Assembly (NCBI GenBank): GCA_042408215.1
Contig: JAYFMW010000006.1
Location: 960,001 to 1,024,000, forward strand
Origin: Microcoleus sp.
Lineage (GTDB): Bacteria; Cyanobacteriota; Cyanobacteriia; Cyanobacteriales; Microcoleaceae
DNA: 64,000 nucleotides
Direction: 5' to 3'
Shown here one piece after another: positions 21,324 to 31,796 of this stretch. Below the pieces are notes generated by a model. It was not told the origin of the DNA, searched no databases, and saw only the letters and a program-made list of their open reading frames with translations. The stretch's first letter is position 1. Every line of letters starts with the position of its first letter. A program made the position numbers and the translations under genes.

Positions 21324-21696
21324 GTCAGGAACCCCGCTCTTAAGAGACGGGGCTTGCAAGAACCACACTTCGACACAACAACTGCGTTTACCCCATCGCT
21401 TGGCGGCGCACGCTCAGCTTGGCGGCGCACGCTCGCTTAGTCGAAGTGTCGAAGTGTCGAAGGGCGAGCGTGCGTCGCATTACCCCTCTCATGGAGGCTA
21501 CCTTGGTAGCAAACCACTATGGGTACAGGGTTGTAAAATTTGAGGCGGTAACTGTCCCGCTGAAAGTGCATTACAACACTTCGGCTACGCGACCGTGACC
21601 GACCGAATTAAGCAGCCCCAAGGCGGTAGTGAAACTGTAAAGCCGTCCTAAAAGTATGGGGTTTCAACCCTCCGCTACGCTCCGCCCATTTTTTTG
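21324..21696 (+). mobile_element. Degenerate non-autonomous IS200/IS605 element with omegaRNA-type 5' end
   Basis: Starts GTCAGGAACCCCGCTCTTAAGAGACGGGGCTTGCAAGA, like the element at 41502; its other end resembles the reverse complement of the tnpB element left end at 52531-52590. Confidence 0.7.
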
Positions 21697-21839
21697 TTCA
21701 AAAAGGGGACTCATGTAGATTAGGCCCCGCTCGATTTTTAATTTTTCGTGCCCTGGGTATCTCCCCCAAGTCTCCTGTGAATGATGGGTCGATCGATTCT
21801 AAGATAAAAAAACGGTCGTTAAAAAGGTCTTTAAAAGTT

Positions 21840-22208
21840 ATGCGAGTGTTCGTCTTACTCTTCAATGCCCGCACCGAGAATGAGGGAATTCATACCATTC
21901 AGCTCGGCGATCGCAACAAGGTTCTGATGTTTGAGTCAGAAGACGACGCCATCCGCTTTGGCTTGATGTTGGAAGCTCAGGATTTCCCCGAACCCACTGT
22001 CGAGGCGATCGACGATGAGGAAATTAAGGAGTTCTGCGATAGTGTCGATTATGATTGGGAACTGGTACCGGCGGGCGCGCTGGAGATTCCGCCAGAAAAG
22101 AATGTAACACAGAGAGAGTGGCAGCCGGAGGCGCAGGCAAAGCCGGATGCTGATGTCTCCCAAACCGAACTGGATTCTATTCGCCGTCGGCTCGAAGGAC
22201 TTTTGTAA
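21840..22208 (+). CDS. DUF3110 domain protein
   Basis: MRVFVLLFNARTENEGIHT, FESEDDA.RF..MLEAQDFP and IRRRLEGLL; sits upstream of murQ as in many cyanobacteria. Confidence 0.88.
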   Translation: MRVFVLLFNARTENEGIHTIQLGDRNKVLMFESEDDAIRFGLMLEAQDFPEPTVEAIDDEEIKEFCDSVDYDWELVPAGALEIPPEKNVTQREWQPEAQAKPDADVSQTELDSIRRRLEGLL

Positions 22209-22433
22209 GAGTCAGCAGTCATTAGTCAGCAGTCATTAGTCATTAGTTTGCAGTCAGGATTTTAGTGTTTGCAGTCAGGACGAAGAGTCCTTATTGACTA
22301 AAAGCCAAACAGAGAGGAATCTTCGTCCTCACTACAAACTAATGCCTTGATATAGAGGAATCTTCGTCCTCACTACAAACTAAGGACTGCTGACTAAGGA
22401 CTGCTGACTAATGACTACTGACTAATGACTAAT
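22209..22433. repeat. Inverted STRR arms (AGTCATT/AATGACT) enclosing REP-like units, including a 42-bp-period direct repeat
   Basis: AGAGGAATCTTCGTCCTCACTACAAACTAA occurs twice, inverted relative to TTTGCAGTCAGGACGAAGAGTCCT. Confidence 0.8.
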
Positions 22434-22441
22434 AAAAAAAC

Positions 22442-23356
22442 ATGAAGAATTTGGAAGAACGGGGGCATCTGCTGACAGAACAGGTAAATGCCAATAGCGA
22501 GAATTTAGACCAACTCAATTCACTGGAATTGGTGGATTTGTTCAATCGGGAAGACGCTCAAACATTAAGCGCGATCGCCCGTGCCCGCGAGCATTTAGCC
22601 CAAACTATTGACATCGCCTCTGAATCTCTGCGTCAAGGAGGCCGCCTGTTTTACGTCGGTGCGGGTACTTCCGGGCGTTTGGGGGTGCTCGATGCGGCCG
22701 AATGTCCGCCCACCTTCTGCACGCCGCCAGAGCTCGTACAGGGCATAATTGCTGGGGGTGCGGGGGCCTTGGTGCGGAGTTCGGAGGATTTGGAGGATCG
22801 GGCCGAGGACGGGGAAAGTGCGATCGCCCACCGTCATATTACCAATCTAGATGTAGTTATCGGCATTACTGCTGGGGGTACGACGCCGTTTGTGGCGGGT
22901 GCTTTACTCTCCGCGCGCCAGCGGGGGGCGAAGACTATTTTTATGGCTTGTGTACCTGTCGAACAAGTGAGTTGTGAGGCGGATGTTGACATTCGCTTGT
23001 TAGTTGGCCCGGAGGTAGTGGCGGGTTCGACGCGCTTAAAAGCGGGTACGGTGACAAAAATGGCTTTGAATATTATTTCGACTGGGGTGATGGTGAAGCT
23101 GGGGAAGGTTTACGGAAATCGCATGGTTGATGTGGCGGTGACAAATAAGAAATTGCGCGATCGAGCCGTGAGGATGCTGCAAGATTTGACTGATTTGAAC
23201 CGGGATGAGGCGGGTTTTTTGCTCGAAAAAAGTGGCAAGTCTGTGAAGTTGGCTTTGATGATGCACTGGACTGGTTTGGACAAGGAAGAGTGCGATCGAA
23301 TTTTGGGCAAATTTCAGGGGAATTTGCGATCGGCTGTAGCATCAATTGGTCATTAG
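22442..23356 (+). CDS. murQ: N-acetylmuramic acid 6-phosphate etherase
   Basis: GAGTSGRLGVLDAAECPPTF, GPEVVAGSTRLKAGT and GKVYGNRMVD motifs. Confidence 0.97.
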   Translation: MKNLEERGHLLTEQVNANSENLDQLNSLELVDLFNREDAQTLSAIARAREHLAQTIDIASESLRQGGRLFYVGAGTSGRLGVLDAAECPPTFCTPPELVQGIIAGGAGALVRSSEDLEDRAEDGESAIAHRHITNLDVVIGITAGGTTPFVAGALLSARQRGAKTIFMACVPVEQVSCEADVDIRLLVGPEVVAGSTRLKAGTVTKMALNIISTGVMVKLGKVYGNRMVDVAVTNKKLRDRAVRMLQDLTDLNRDEAGFLLEKSGKSVKLALMMHWTGLDKEECDRILGKFQGNLRSAVASIGH

Positions 23357-23583
23357 TCAGTTGATTGTTGTCAGTTGTTAGTTGTTAGTTGTTAGTTGTT
23401 AGTTGTTATATCGTTTACGGTTGCATCGGAATGATTTAACCACAGAGAACGCAGAGAACACAGAGGGAGAGCAGAGAGATGAATAATTCCGATGAAGAGA
23501 GGATTTGATATTAGTAGTCAACTATCAACTATCAACTATCAACTATCAACTATCAACTATCAACTGTCAACTATCAACTATCA
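23357..23583. repeat. Inverted STRR arms (GTTGTTA / AACTATC) around a dispersed repeat also found inverted at ~43405-43491
   Basis: Shared GGTTGCATCGGAATGATTTAACC.CAGAG core. Confidence 0.75.
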
Positions 23584-24900
23584 ACAAAAACAGAGGATGT
23601 AAGCTGACTTTGATTTACACCTTGGACAATTCCCAAATAATTGCCGCCCGATTTAATCGCGGTAGAAACAACGCTTGCAGTTCCATCCAATCCGAAACTC
23701 AGAGCTTCAAAAGTCAAATTAGCAAATCCGATGCCATCAGTCAAACCAATGCTATCCCCAGCCACGAAATCGGTAATCACGTCTGCATTTGTTAAAGTAG
23801 CTGAAGCAGACAAACCTCCTGCTAGAATAAACGTATCATTTCCACTACCGCCGGTCAGAATATCTTGACCGCGATCGCCCGCCAACAAATCGTCGCCGTT
23901 ACCGCCAATCAAGATATCATCTTCTTTGCCGCCACGGATAGTATCGTTACCGTCAGATCCAATCAGGCGATCGTTATCATTGTTGCCGCTGATAAAATCA
24001 TTACCAACACCGCCATCTATGGAATCGGATTCTTTACCGCCCGATAAACTGTCATTACCAGCAGCACCGTTAATTGTATCAGCACCTTGCATTCCATTAA
24101 TAATGTCAACACCATCTCCACCGGTGAGATTATCCTTGCCAGAAAGGGCAAAAATTGGCAATCCAGCAGCATTAATCGGTATCTGAGTATCCCCACTGTC
24201 AGATAGGAAATAATTGCCGCCGCTGCTTGTATTTTTAGGGGCTTGTGTTGGGCTGCCATCACCTGTAGCATTGGCGATCGGTGAAGTAATAGATGCAGAT
24301 ATGTTTGGAGTAGGTGTGGGTGTAGGAGTAGGTGTGGGTGTAGGAGTAGGCGTGGGTGTAGGAGTAGGAGTAGGTGCGGGATTGACACTACCGTCAAGAG
24401 AAGTAGCAAAAACTTGCGTCCAATAGTAATTCCAATTTACACTACCAGTATCATTGGCTAAGAAATAGTAACCAATCCCAATTTCTTTCAGATTAGGATT
24501 GAGGATATTAGCACGGTGGCCGGCACTGTTCATCCATGAGTTTACAACTGCTTCCGGTGTAGAAGAACCCGCAGCAATGTTTTCCGCCGCCGCCGAGAAT
24601 TGATAGCCAGTTGCAGTAATCCGAGTGCCGATAGAAGAACCATCTTTGCCGGTATGATCGAAGAAGTCTTGCAGTGCCATGTTTTGGCTGTGAGTTTCCG
24701 CCGCATTGGCCAACTGAGTATTTAAGGTTAATGGCTGACAAACCTAATTTGCTGCGTTCTAAATTCGTAAGTTCTAGAACTTTATCAACAAAAGCCGGAT
24801 TCGTTGCAGTTGCGGAAATTTGAGAGATAAAACGCTCTCCACTCTTCGATAACATACTGATATCGAAAGGTTGAGAATCGGAATTGATTTGTTCAAACAT
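23574..24900 (-). pseudogene. CAP/SCP domain + (PT)n linker + RTX Ca-binding repeat protein, +1 frameshift near 24735
   Basis: VLELTNLERSKLGLS joins PLTLNTQLANAAETHS if one base is removed; span 1327 = 3n+1; WMNSAGHRANIL and GGxGND motifs. Confidence 0.85.
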
Positions 24901-25381
24901 GGGAGTTATAAAATTTATGAAGATGTAGGTTTCATCGTAGAATGCCGATCGCCCTAAGCACCTGTCACCCTGATTGATAGCTGGGTATTATGTTTTTTGA
25001 TGTGGGCTGACTTAACATCTACCACTGCTGTACTTATTTTAATTATAGCTGACAGCCCAACTTGGATGTCAATGGATTTTAGATTTGAGATTGAAGCATC
25101 GCATTCCACATCTTCAATTCATCTAAGTCAATCTACGGACTAGACGTGTAAATCCGATAACGATCGTAGAATATTCAACATAAAAATTAATAAATTCGCT
25201 GATTCAATTCCGTAAATATACTTAAACAACCTAAAAATTTGTTGTGGAACAGGCTTTTCGGCCTGTTCTTAAAAATGGAATCAGGAAGTTCGGCAACGGA
25301 TTCTGTAACGGATTTAACGGATTTAACGGATGTAACGGATAGATGGAATCAGCAAGTTCGGCAACGGATTCTGTAACGGAT

Positions 25382-25570
25382 AGAAGGAAGAAGGAAGAAG
25401 GAAGAAGGAAGAAGGAAGAAGTTATTTGTTATTTGTTATTTGTTATTTGTTATTTGTTATTTGTGATGGGCTACCAATAACAAATGACCAGTTAGCAACC
25501 AGTTACCAATAATAAATAACCAATAACTAATAACCAATAACCCCATGCCCTATGCCCTATGCCCTATGCC
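25382..25570. repeat. Mixed STRR arrays (GAAGGAA, GTTATTT, CCAATAA, TATGCCC)
   Basis: Visible tandem heptamers. Confidence 0.9.
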
Positions 25571-26217
25571 CCTTTTGCTTCTAGAGCAACTTGCTCTACC
25601 TCGTCTTTGGCGAGAATTTCTAGAGTAGTCTCTGCTTCTGCACCGCCCAACCGTCTTAGAGCTTGGGCGACTCTGTAACGGATCTGCCAATCTGCGTTTC
25701 CGGCGTAGGGGATGAGCAGTGCGATCGCCCGTTTGTCTCCCAATTCCCCTAATGCACCAATGGCCATAGTTTGGATCAATTCGTTTTCAGAAGTCAGGGC
25801 ATTTTCCAAAATCGGAAATGCTTTCGGATCTCCCATTTCTCCTAAAGCTGCGACGATGCTGAGTTGAACCAGCCACTCAGATGTATTGCTGTAAACTTGT
25901 TGTAAATCTTCGAGAGCATCGGTTAATTTCAATGCGCCCAAAGCATCGGCTGCTGCTGCTTGCACGTCGGGTTCAGGGTCGTTTTTTAGGCTGTGGAGCA
26001 GTACCTCTAAAGCGTTCGATAGATTCTGTGTGCCGAGGGTTGACATTTGGCTGACTGCGGCATAACGCACGCGGACGTTTTTGTCGCCGATCGCACTTTG
26101 AATCAAATTATAGGCGATCGCCGGTTCTAGTTGGCGTAGTTGGTTGACAGCTCGCAGGCGATCGCCAAAATCCTCGGAATTCAGCAATTGTTCTACAGAT
26201 TCAGGGGTAATGCTCAT
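25564..26217 (-). CDS. nblB: HEAT-repeat phycobilisome degradation protein NblB-like
   Basis: MSITPESVEQLLNSEDFGDRLRAVNQLR, RVRYAAVSQ, DVQAAAADALGAL and EWLVQLSIVAALGE. Confidence 0.85.
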   Translation of the reverse strand: MSITPESVEQLLNSEDFGDRLRAVNQLRQLEPAIAYNLIQSAIGDKNVRVRYAAVSQMSTLGTQNLSNALEVLLHSLKNDPEPDVQAAAADALGALKLTDALEDLQQVYSNTSEWLVQLSIVAALGEMGDPKAFPILENALTSENELIQTMAIGALGELGDKRAIALLIPYAGNADWQIRYRVAQALRRLGGAEAETTLEILAKDEVEQVALEAKGA

Positions 26218-26399
26218 GGGATTTGATAATTGGTAATTGGTATAGCCGATGTTGAAGGAAGAAGGTCCTTCGACCCAACGACTGCGTTTATCCTGAGCGT
26301 AGCCGAAGGGTTCAGGGTATAAAGAAGGAACAAGGAAGAAGAAAAAGGAAGAATTGATCGGCTGACTTTCCGATTAATTTATGTTAATATAGCAGCCAA

Positions 26400-26861
26400 T
26401 TAAAACTCGGCTACCATTGCTCGGACAATATCTCCCCTAGTGAGGATACCAATTACTTTGCCAGTAGTATCAAGCACCGGCAATCGGTGGATATGGCGAT
26501 CGTGCAGAAGTTTTGCAGCTTCTTGGACTGATTTTTCTGGCGCGATGCTAACTGGATCTCGGCTCATGACTTCTCCTACTGTTTGTCCTAAAGCCTTGTG
26601 GAGTTCTTGCTCGTAACGAGATGGATTTTCCAAGTAAATCACGCTGTCGAGTACCATGATGTAAGCAGGGGGAGTCACGCCTGTTTCCCGCCACATCAAG
26701 TCGGTTTCGGAGATGATGCCGATCAACAAATCATGCTCATCTACAACGGGCAGACCGCTAATCCGCCGATCGGCTAAAATTTTAATCACTTCCTTCAGGG
26801 ACATTTCTGGTCGCGCCGTCAGGGGTTCGCGAGTCATTAAATCGGCTACTGTTTTCGGCAT
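26400..26861 (-). CDS. CBS domain protein
   Basis: Two CBS domains (ISGLPVVD, RLPVLD, GILTRGDIVRAM); start trimmed to MPKTV. Confidence 0.9.
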   Translation of the reverse strand: MPKTVADLMTREPLTARPEMSLKEVIKILADRRISGLPVVDEHDLLIGIISETDLMWRETGVTPPAYIMVLDSVIYLENPSRYEQELHKALGQTVGEVMSRDPVSIAPEKSVQEAAKLLHDRHIHRLPVLDTTGKVIGILTRGDIVRAMVAEF

Positions 26862-27001
26862 GATTGGCGTTTGATTCAATTGTCTGTCTCCATCGATCAT
26901 ATAGCCAATCTCCAATCTCCCATCTAAAATCTCAAATCTCAAATCGGTCGATCGCGCTCAAAATTGTTAAGATCTGTTAAAAACCGAACCAATCCCGATC
27001 G

Positions 27002-27328
27002 ATGCCAGAATCCGAAGCTAAAAAACAAGACTCCCAGCCAGAAGTGTGCTGTGTATTAGTTTGTCAACACCAATCTTGTCTGAAAAATGGTTCCGCAGCA
27101 GTGCTGGCTGCTTTTGAAGCCCAGCAAGTTTCAGGAGTTAATGTGGAGGGTAGCGGCTGTCAGGGACAGTGCAACATGGGGCCGACGGTGCGAGTGACGC
27201 CAGCAGAAATCTGGTATTGTCGAGTTAAACCGATCGATGTGTCTGCGATCGTGGAACAGCACCTCCAGGGGGGAAAGCCTGTAGAGGCGATGCTCAATCC
27301 CAGAATTCATATGCGTTTTTATGATTAG
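27002..27328 (+). CDS. Thioredoxin-like (2Fe-2S) ferredoxin
   Basis: VCQHQSC...GCQGQCNMGP.V..WY..V...D...IVEQHL.GG. Confidence 0.9.
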   Translation: MPESEAKKQDSQPEVCCVLVCQHQSCLKNGSAAVLAAFEAQQVSGVNVEGSGCQGQCNMGPTVRVTPAEIWYCRVKPIDVSAIVEQHLQGGKPVEAMLNPRIHMRFYD

Positions 27329-27400
27329 TCCCTGGCTGCGATCGACATTTTCTGGTAATGGGTAATGGGTAATTGGGCCTAGGGCATGGGGCCTAGGGCA

Positions 27401-27536
27401 TAGGGCGTGTTTTCAAACTTTGCACAAACCCGGAGATCCCCCTAAATCCCCCTTAAAAAGGGGGACTAAGAGGGGGTTGTTCCCCCCTTATTAAGGGGGG
27501 CTAGGGGGTATCTCCGGGGAGAGAAAACACGCCCTA
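27401..27536. mobile_element. MITE with TAGGGCGTGTTTTC / GAAAACACGCCCTA ends, inserted in a STRR array
   Basis: 14-bp perfect TIR; internal GATCCCCCTAAATCCCCC hairpin. Confidence 0.8.
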
Positions 27537-27579
27537 GGGCCTAGGGCATGATGTTTCTTTCTTCTTCCTTCTTCTATAT

Positions 27580-29064
27580 ATGTACAAGTTAAAAATCAAA
27601 GGAATTGCGGTTAGTTGGTTGGTGCTAATTCTGGGCCCGGTGCCACAGGTTGTCGCGCAAATGCCAGCGGTTTCAGGAGATATTTGTCCGGGGGAATTGG
27701 GGGCGAAGGTGGATGCGATCGCCAATCGTCCTGAATTTAGTCGATCGCGCTGGGGCATTTTGATTCAACCCCTATCTTCTACTACTACTCTCTACAGTCG
27801 TGATTCCCAAAAATACTTTATTCCGGCATCAAATGTCAAGCTGCTAACAACCGCCGCTGCTTTACAGAAACTCGGTGCTAATTTTCGGATTAGAACATCG
27901 GTTTACAGCGGTGAAAATGGTAATTTATACATTGCTGGCAGGGGCGATCCGAGTATTGCTGAGACTCAGTTAAAATCCTTGGCCTCGCAGTTGAAGCAGC
28001 GGGGAATTAATCGAGTTAACGATTTGATTGGCGATGACAGCTATTTTCAAGGCAATGCAGTTAATCCGAATTGGGAATGGGAAGATGCTCAAGCTGGCTA
28101 CGGCGCGCCCATCAATAGTTTAATTTTCAATCAAAATGCGATCGAACTAATCTTATCACCGCAGTCGATCGGGCAACCTCTCAAAGTTACTTTTGCCCAA
28201 CCAAAGCTTACAAATCAGTGGCAAATTCAGAATAATTCGGTGACAGTCGGACAAAATGAATCCGAGTTTGTGCAGGTTGGTAGGGACTTCGATCGACCCG
28301 CAATTCGAGTTAGCGGACAGTTGAAATCGGGTGCTGAGTCTGAATCAGCTTATGTAGCAGTTATCAATCCAGCTAATAATTTTTTGCAGCATTTTCAGCA
28401 AGCCCTGGCGGCGGAGGGAATTGCTGTTAAACAGGCTTTAGTTGCATCGAGTTCTCGCAATTTTACTCAGGAATTAGCAACTGTTGAATCGCCACCACTG
28501 GCGGAATTGGTGAAAGAAACTAATCGGGAAAGCAACAATGTTTATGCAGAGGTTTTATTAAGATTGTTGGGGAAAGTTACAGGCATCTTGCCTGTTTCAC
28601 AACTACAAACAGGCAAGATGCCTGTTCCACAAGAGGATACAATTGAAGTTGGTTTAAAGGAGTTAAAAACAGCTTTAACTCAATTAGGGGTAAATCCAAA
28701 TAGCTACATATTAGTTGATGGTTCTGGATTGTCTCGCCACAATTTAATTAGTCCAGAAGCCTTGGTGCAAACTTTGAGATTAATGGCGAATTCACCGACT
28801 GCATCTTTTTACCGCGCGTCTTTGGCTGTGGCTGGGGAGAGCGGTACTTTGAAAAATCGTTTTCTTACACCAAATCGAGTCATTTTGCAAGCAAAAACTG
28901 GAACTTTGAGCGGGGTTTCGGCGCTGTCGGGATATGTGGAAGTTCCGAATTATGAGCCGCTGGTGTTTAGCATTATTGTCAATCAATCGGATCTGTCTGC
29001 TCCAAAAGTGCGATCGGCGATCGACGAAATTGTGCTATTATTGAATCGGCTGCGCCGCTGTTGA
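27580..29064 (+). CDS. dacB: D-alanyl-D-alanine carboxypeptidase/endopeptidase (PBP4, S13)
   Basis: PASNVK (SxxK), SNN, DGSGLSR and KTGTL motifs. Confidence 0.95.
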   Translation: MYKLKIKGIAVSWLVLILGPVPQVVAQMPAVSGDICPGELGAKVDAIANRPEFSRSRWGILIQPLSSTTTLYSRDSQKYFIPASNVKLLTTAAALQKLGANFRIRTSVYSGENGNLYIAGRGDPSIAETQLKSLASQLKQRGINRVNDLIGDDSYFQGNAVNPNWEWEDAQAGYGAPINSLIFNQNAIELILSPQSIGQPLKVTFAQPKLTNQWQIQNNSVTVGQNESEFVQVGRDFDRPAIRVSGQLKSGAESESAYVAVINPANNFLQHFQQALAAEGIAVKQALVASSSRNFTQELATVESPPLAELVKETNRESNNVYAEVLLRLLGKVTGILPVSQLQTGKMPVPQEDTIEVGLKELKTALTQLGVNPNSYILVDGSGLSRHNLISPEALVQTLRLMANSPTASFYRASLAVAGESGTLKNRFLTPNRVILQAKTGTLSGVSALSGYVEVPNYEPLVFSIIVNQSDLSAPKVRSAIDEIVLLLNRLRRC

Positions 29065-29217
29065 AACAACTGATTTGAGCTGAGAGATTTTAGATATTAG
29101 CATCGTCGATCGGCTACAATAAAAGAAGAGAAGAGAAATTAAAACCATTGGGCAGCTTCAGTCTGCTGCCGATTTGTGGTTTCTGTATGACTAGAAGGTA
29201 AGTCTAACTTTCCAAAT

Positions 29218-30114
29218 ATGAAATTTTTAGATTCCGAACAGCAACATATCTTTGTCGAAACCAACAATATCCGCTTGCATTGCGTTGCTCAAGGCGAGGG
29301 CGAGCTCGTTTTGCTCCTGCACGGGTTTCCAGAGTTTTGGTACTCTTGGCGGCACCAAATTCCTGCCTTGGCGCGTCATTTTAAGGTTGTGGTGCCGGAT
29401 TTGCGGGGCTATAACGATTCGGATAAGCCGGAAAGTGGCTATGATTTAGATACGCTGAGTGCGGATATTCGCGGTTTGATCGATCGGCTCGGCTATACAA
29501 AAGCACACATAGTCGGCCATGATTGGGGAGGCGTTATCGCGTGGCATTTAGCTCAAAAATTCCCTGAAAAACTCAACAGCTTGGCAATTTTAAACGCTCC
29601 ACACCCGCAGCGATTTGTGCAGGAAATGGTGAGCAATTTAGATCAAATCCGCCGCAGTTGGTACGTTTTGGCTTTTCAGGTTCCCGGTATTCCCGAATGG
29701 TTGATTCAGCAAAACTTGAAAAATTTTGTGCACAATGTTTTCCAAGGACAAGCTATTCGCAAAGGAGCTTTTAGCGCTGAGGAAACTAAGATTTATCAGA
29801 CGGCTTTGGAAAAGCCGGGAGTATTGGCGGCGGCGGTGAATTATTACCGGCAGATGTTTCACCCGCAGAGGCTGTGGAATTTGGGGCAGAAATGGGAACC
29901 CGTGAAAGTACCTACTTTGGTGCTTTGGGGAGAAGAAGATGGGTTTTTGAGCCCCAAACTTGTAGAAGGTTTAGACCGGTTAATTACTGCTCCGTTTAAG
30001 TTAAAATTAGTCCCGAATTGCGGGCACTGGATTCAGCAAGAAGTGCCGCAAACGGTGAATCGAGAATTGCTGAGTTTTCTCAGAAGTTCTTCTGGTTCTT
30101 TGGTTTTGGGATAA
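29218..30114 (+). CDS. Alpha/beta hydrolase (epoxide hydrolase-like)
   Basis: HGFPE.WYSWR, DLRGYN, GHDWGG and GHW motifs. Confidence 0.92.
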   Translation: MKFLDSEQQHIFVETNNIRLHCVAQGEGELVLLLHGFPEFWYSWRHQIPALARHFKVVVPDLRGYNDSDKPESGYDLDTLSADIRGLIDRLGYTKAHIVGHDWGGVIAWHLAQKFPEKLNSLAILNAPHPQRFVQEMVSNLDQIRRSWYVLAFQVPGIPEWLIQQNLKNFVHNVFQGQAIRKGAFSAEETKIYQTALEKPGVLAAAVNYYRQMFHPQRLWNLGQKWEPVKVPTLVLWGEEDGFLSPKLVEGLDRLITAPFKLKLVPNCGHWIQQEVPQTVNRELLSFLRSSSGSLVLG

Positions 30115-30131
30115 ATATTACCCGAAATCAG

Positions 30132-30386
30132 GAGACGGCAGTGCCGTTTCCCTACAATATTATTTTGAGGTAGGGACACGGCAATGCCGTGTCCTCAGTA
30201 TCATCTCGATCGTGCAACCGGAATTGCTATAATACCAATTTTTTATGAGGCTGCATAGAATCTGATCCCCCCTAACCCCCCTTAATAAGGGGGGGACAAG
30301 AGGGTGGTCAAAGTCACCCCCTACTCCCCTTATTAAGGGGGATTTAGGGGGATCGAAATATATGCAACGACCTATTAAATTGGTAT
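30132..30386. repeat. REPIN-like inverted pair of GTAGGGA(A/C)ACGGCA.TGCCGT REPs followed by an ATACCAATTT/AAATTGGTAT MITE
   Basis: Two inverted REP hairpins at 30132-30196, same family as 40135-40411; MITE at ~30232-30386. Confidence 0.75.
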
Positions 30387-30472
30387 AACAGGTCATTTGT
30401 TATTAGTTGTTTGTTCTAATAACTAATAACCAATAACCCATGCCCCATGCCCAAGCCCCATTCCCAAAATCA

Positions 30473-30697
30473 TTAATCCCAGAGCAAATTTTCTTTAATC
30501 AACAGTGCAATCATCGCGGTTCTGGAACAAACACTGAGTTTGATAAAAATTCGGCGCACGTAAGTAGCAACCGTCCAGTGGCTGATATTTAAATGTTTGG
30601 CAATACATTTATTTGGCAGACCTTGGGCTACTAATTGGGCGATCGCTCTTTCCCGTGGACTTAGGCTAATTACCGGTTTGTAACTTGTGCTTTGCAT
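30473..30697 (-). CDS. Stand-alone LuxR-type HTH regulator
   Basis: LSPRERAIAQLVAQGLPNKCIAKHLNISHWTVATYVRRIFIKL. Confidence 0.85.
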   Translation of the reverse strand: MQSTSYKPVISLSPRERAIAQLVAQGLPNKCIAKHLNISHWTVATYVRRIFIKLSVCSRTAMIALLIKENLLWD

Positions 30698-31200
30698 AAT
30701 TTTGCTATCAGAAAATCAGTTAAAATCTCATCAATTAATGGCATAATTCCGAGTTTTTTTCGCACTTCAGATCGGGGAGTTTCCCCATCGGATTCAACGT
30801 CCAACTCAGTTAGGCGATCAACTATTTTTCCCTGTCTTAAACCTTTGATCGTCAGCCAGAACGTGCAATTGCCACTTAGCAGTCCAACTAACACTAAAAT
30901 CGCACAGTCAGGGCGAAATACTTGAGCACGAGTAAACGCTTGAAGTACGAATTCATCTTCGACTGAAGGTGAAAGACCAGTCAAAACCTGCCAAACCTCG
31001 TGGTTTCGCTGAATCCAGTCTCCCGATCCGATCGGCTCAAAGCCTTGCTCATCCAGAAATCGCGCCACTGAGCACCCTAATGTTCTTGCCGGCAGTTGGC
31101 GCAATTTTTCCAAGTCAATTTCTAATTTTAGACCGCTCTCAATTTGAGGATTAATTTTTTGAGCCATCTTTAATATAACTTCTAATTCAGAATCTGCCAT
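30670..31200 (-). CDS. Coq4-like protein with degenerate metal motif
   Basis: IDLEKLRQLP..TLG...ARFL; H(E)VW(Q)VLTG......E..LQAF in place of HDxxHVLTG. Confidence 0.65.
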   Translation of the reverse strand: MADSELEVILKMAQKINPQIESGLKLEIDLEKLRQLPARTLGCSVARFLDEQGFEPIGSGDWIQRNHEVWQVLTGLSPSVEDEFVLQAFTRAQVFRPDCAILVLVGLLSGNCTFWLTIKGLRQGKIVDRLTELDVESDGETPRSEVRKKLGIMPLIDEILTDFLIAKLCKAQVTNR

Positions 31201-31796
31201 GATTTATTCTCCCTGGAGCAAGGATTTAATTTGCCTCAGAATTTAATTGGCGTTTGTCAAGTTCATTTGTGTTGGAGAGCAACTTGATTTTTTGAGTGTG
31301 TTACCTCAGAAATACGAATTTCTGTTGAACCAATCCAGTTTCAGGAACCTTTGCATTTCTTTACAAACAGCCTGAGATGTGAAATCTGCCAACTGTAAAA
31401 ATCGTCCTAGTGTTGCTAAGACCAACTTCACCCGACGGGGACTACTCCGTAAAATCCACAGTATTGAGCGGTGATTACAACTCCTTACTTACGTAGATAA
31501 ATTTATTTTGATGCGAATTATTTGCACCTGCAATGAGTCAGAAGTGACAGCGTGTAGGCTCATTCCTAGGGGTGATTCCAAGTGAAGAGAGTTGAAGTAA
31601 GCCGAAGTAGGGTGAAGTTTTGCAGAATTGAGGCGGGCGGGCAGGATTCCCATCCCACAAAAGCTCAAATTAGTGACAATCTTTTGAGCGCTGGCTCCCG
31701 CCCTATCGCTCAAATGAGTGTCACTAGATCGAGCGACTGGCCAAGTAGTTTCACCAATAGCTATAAATAAAGTATAGATTCATCCAAAGTGTGGCC

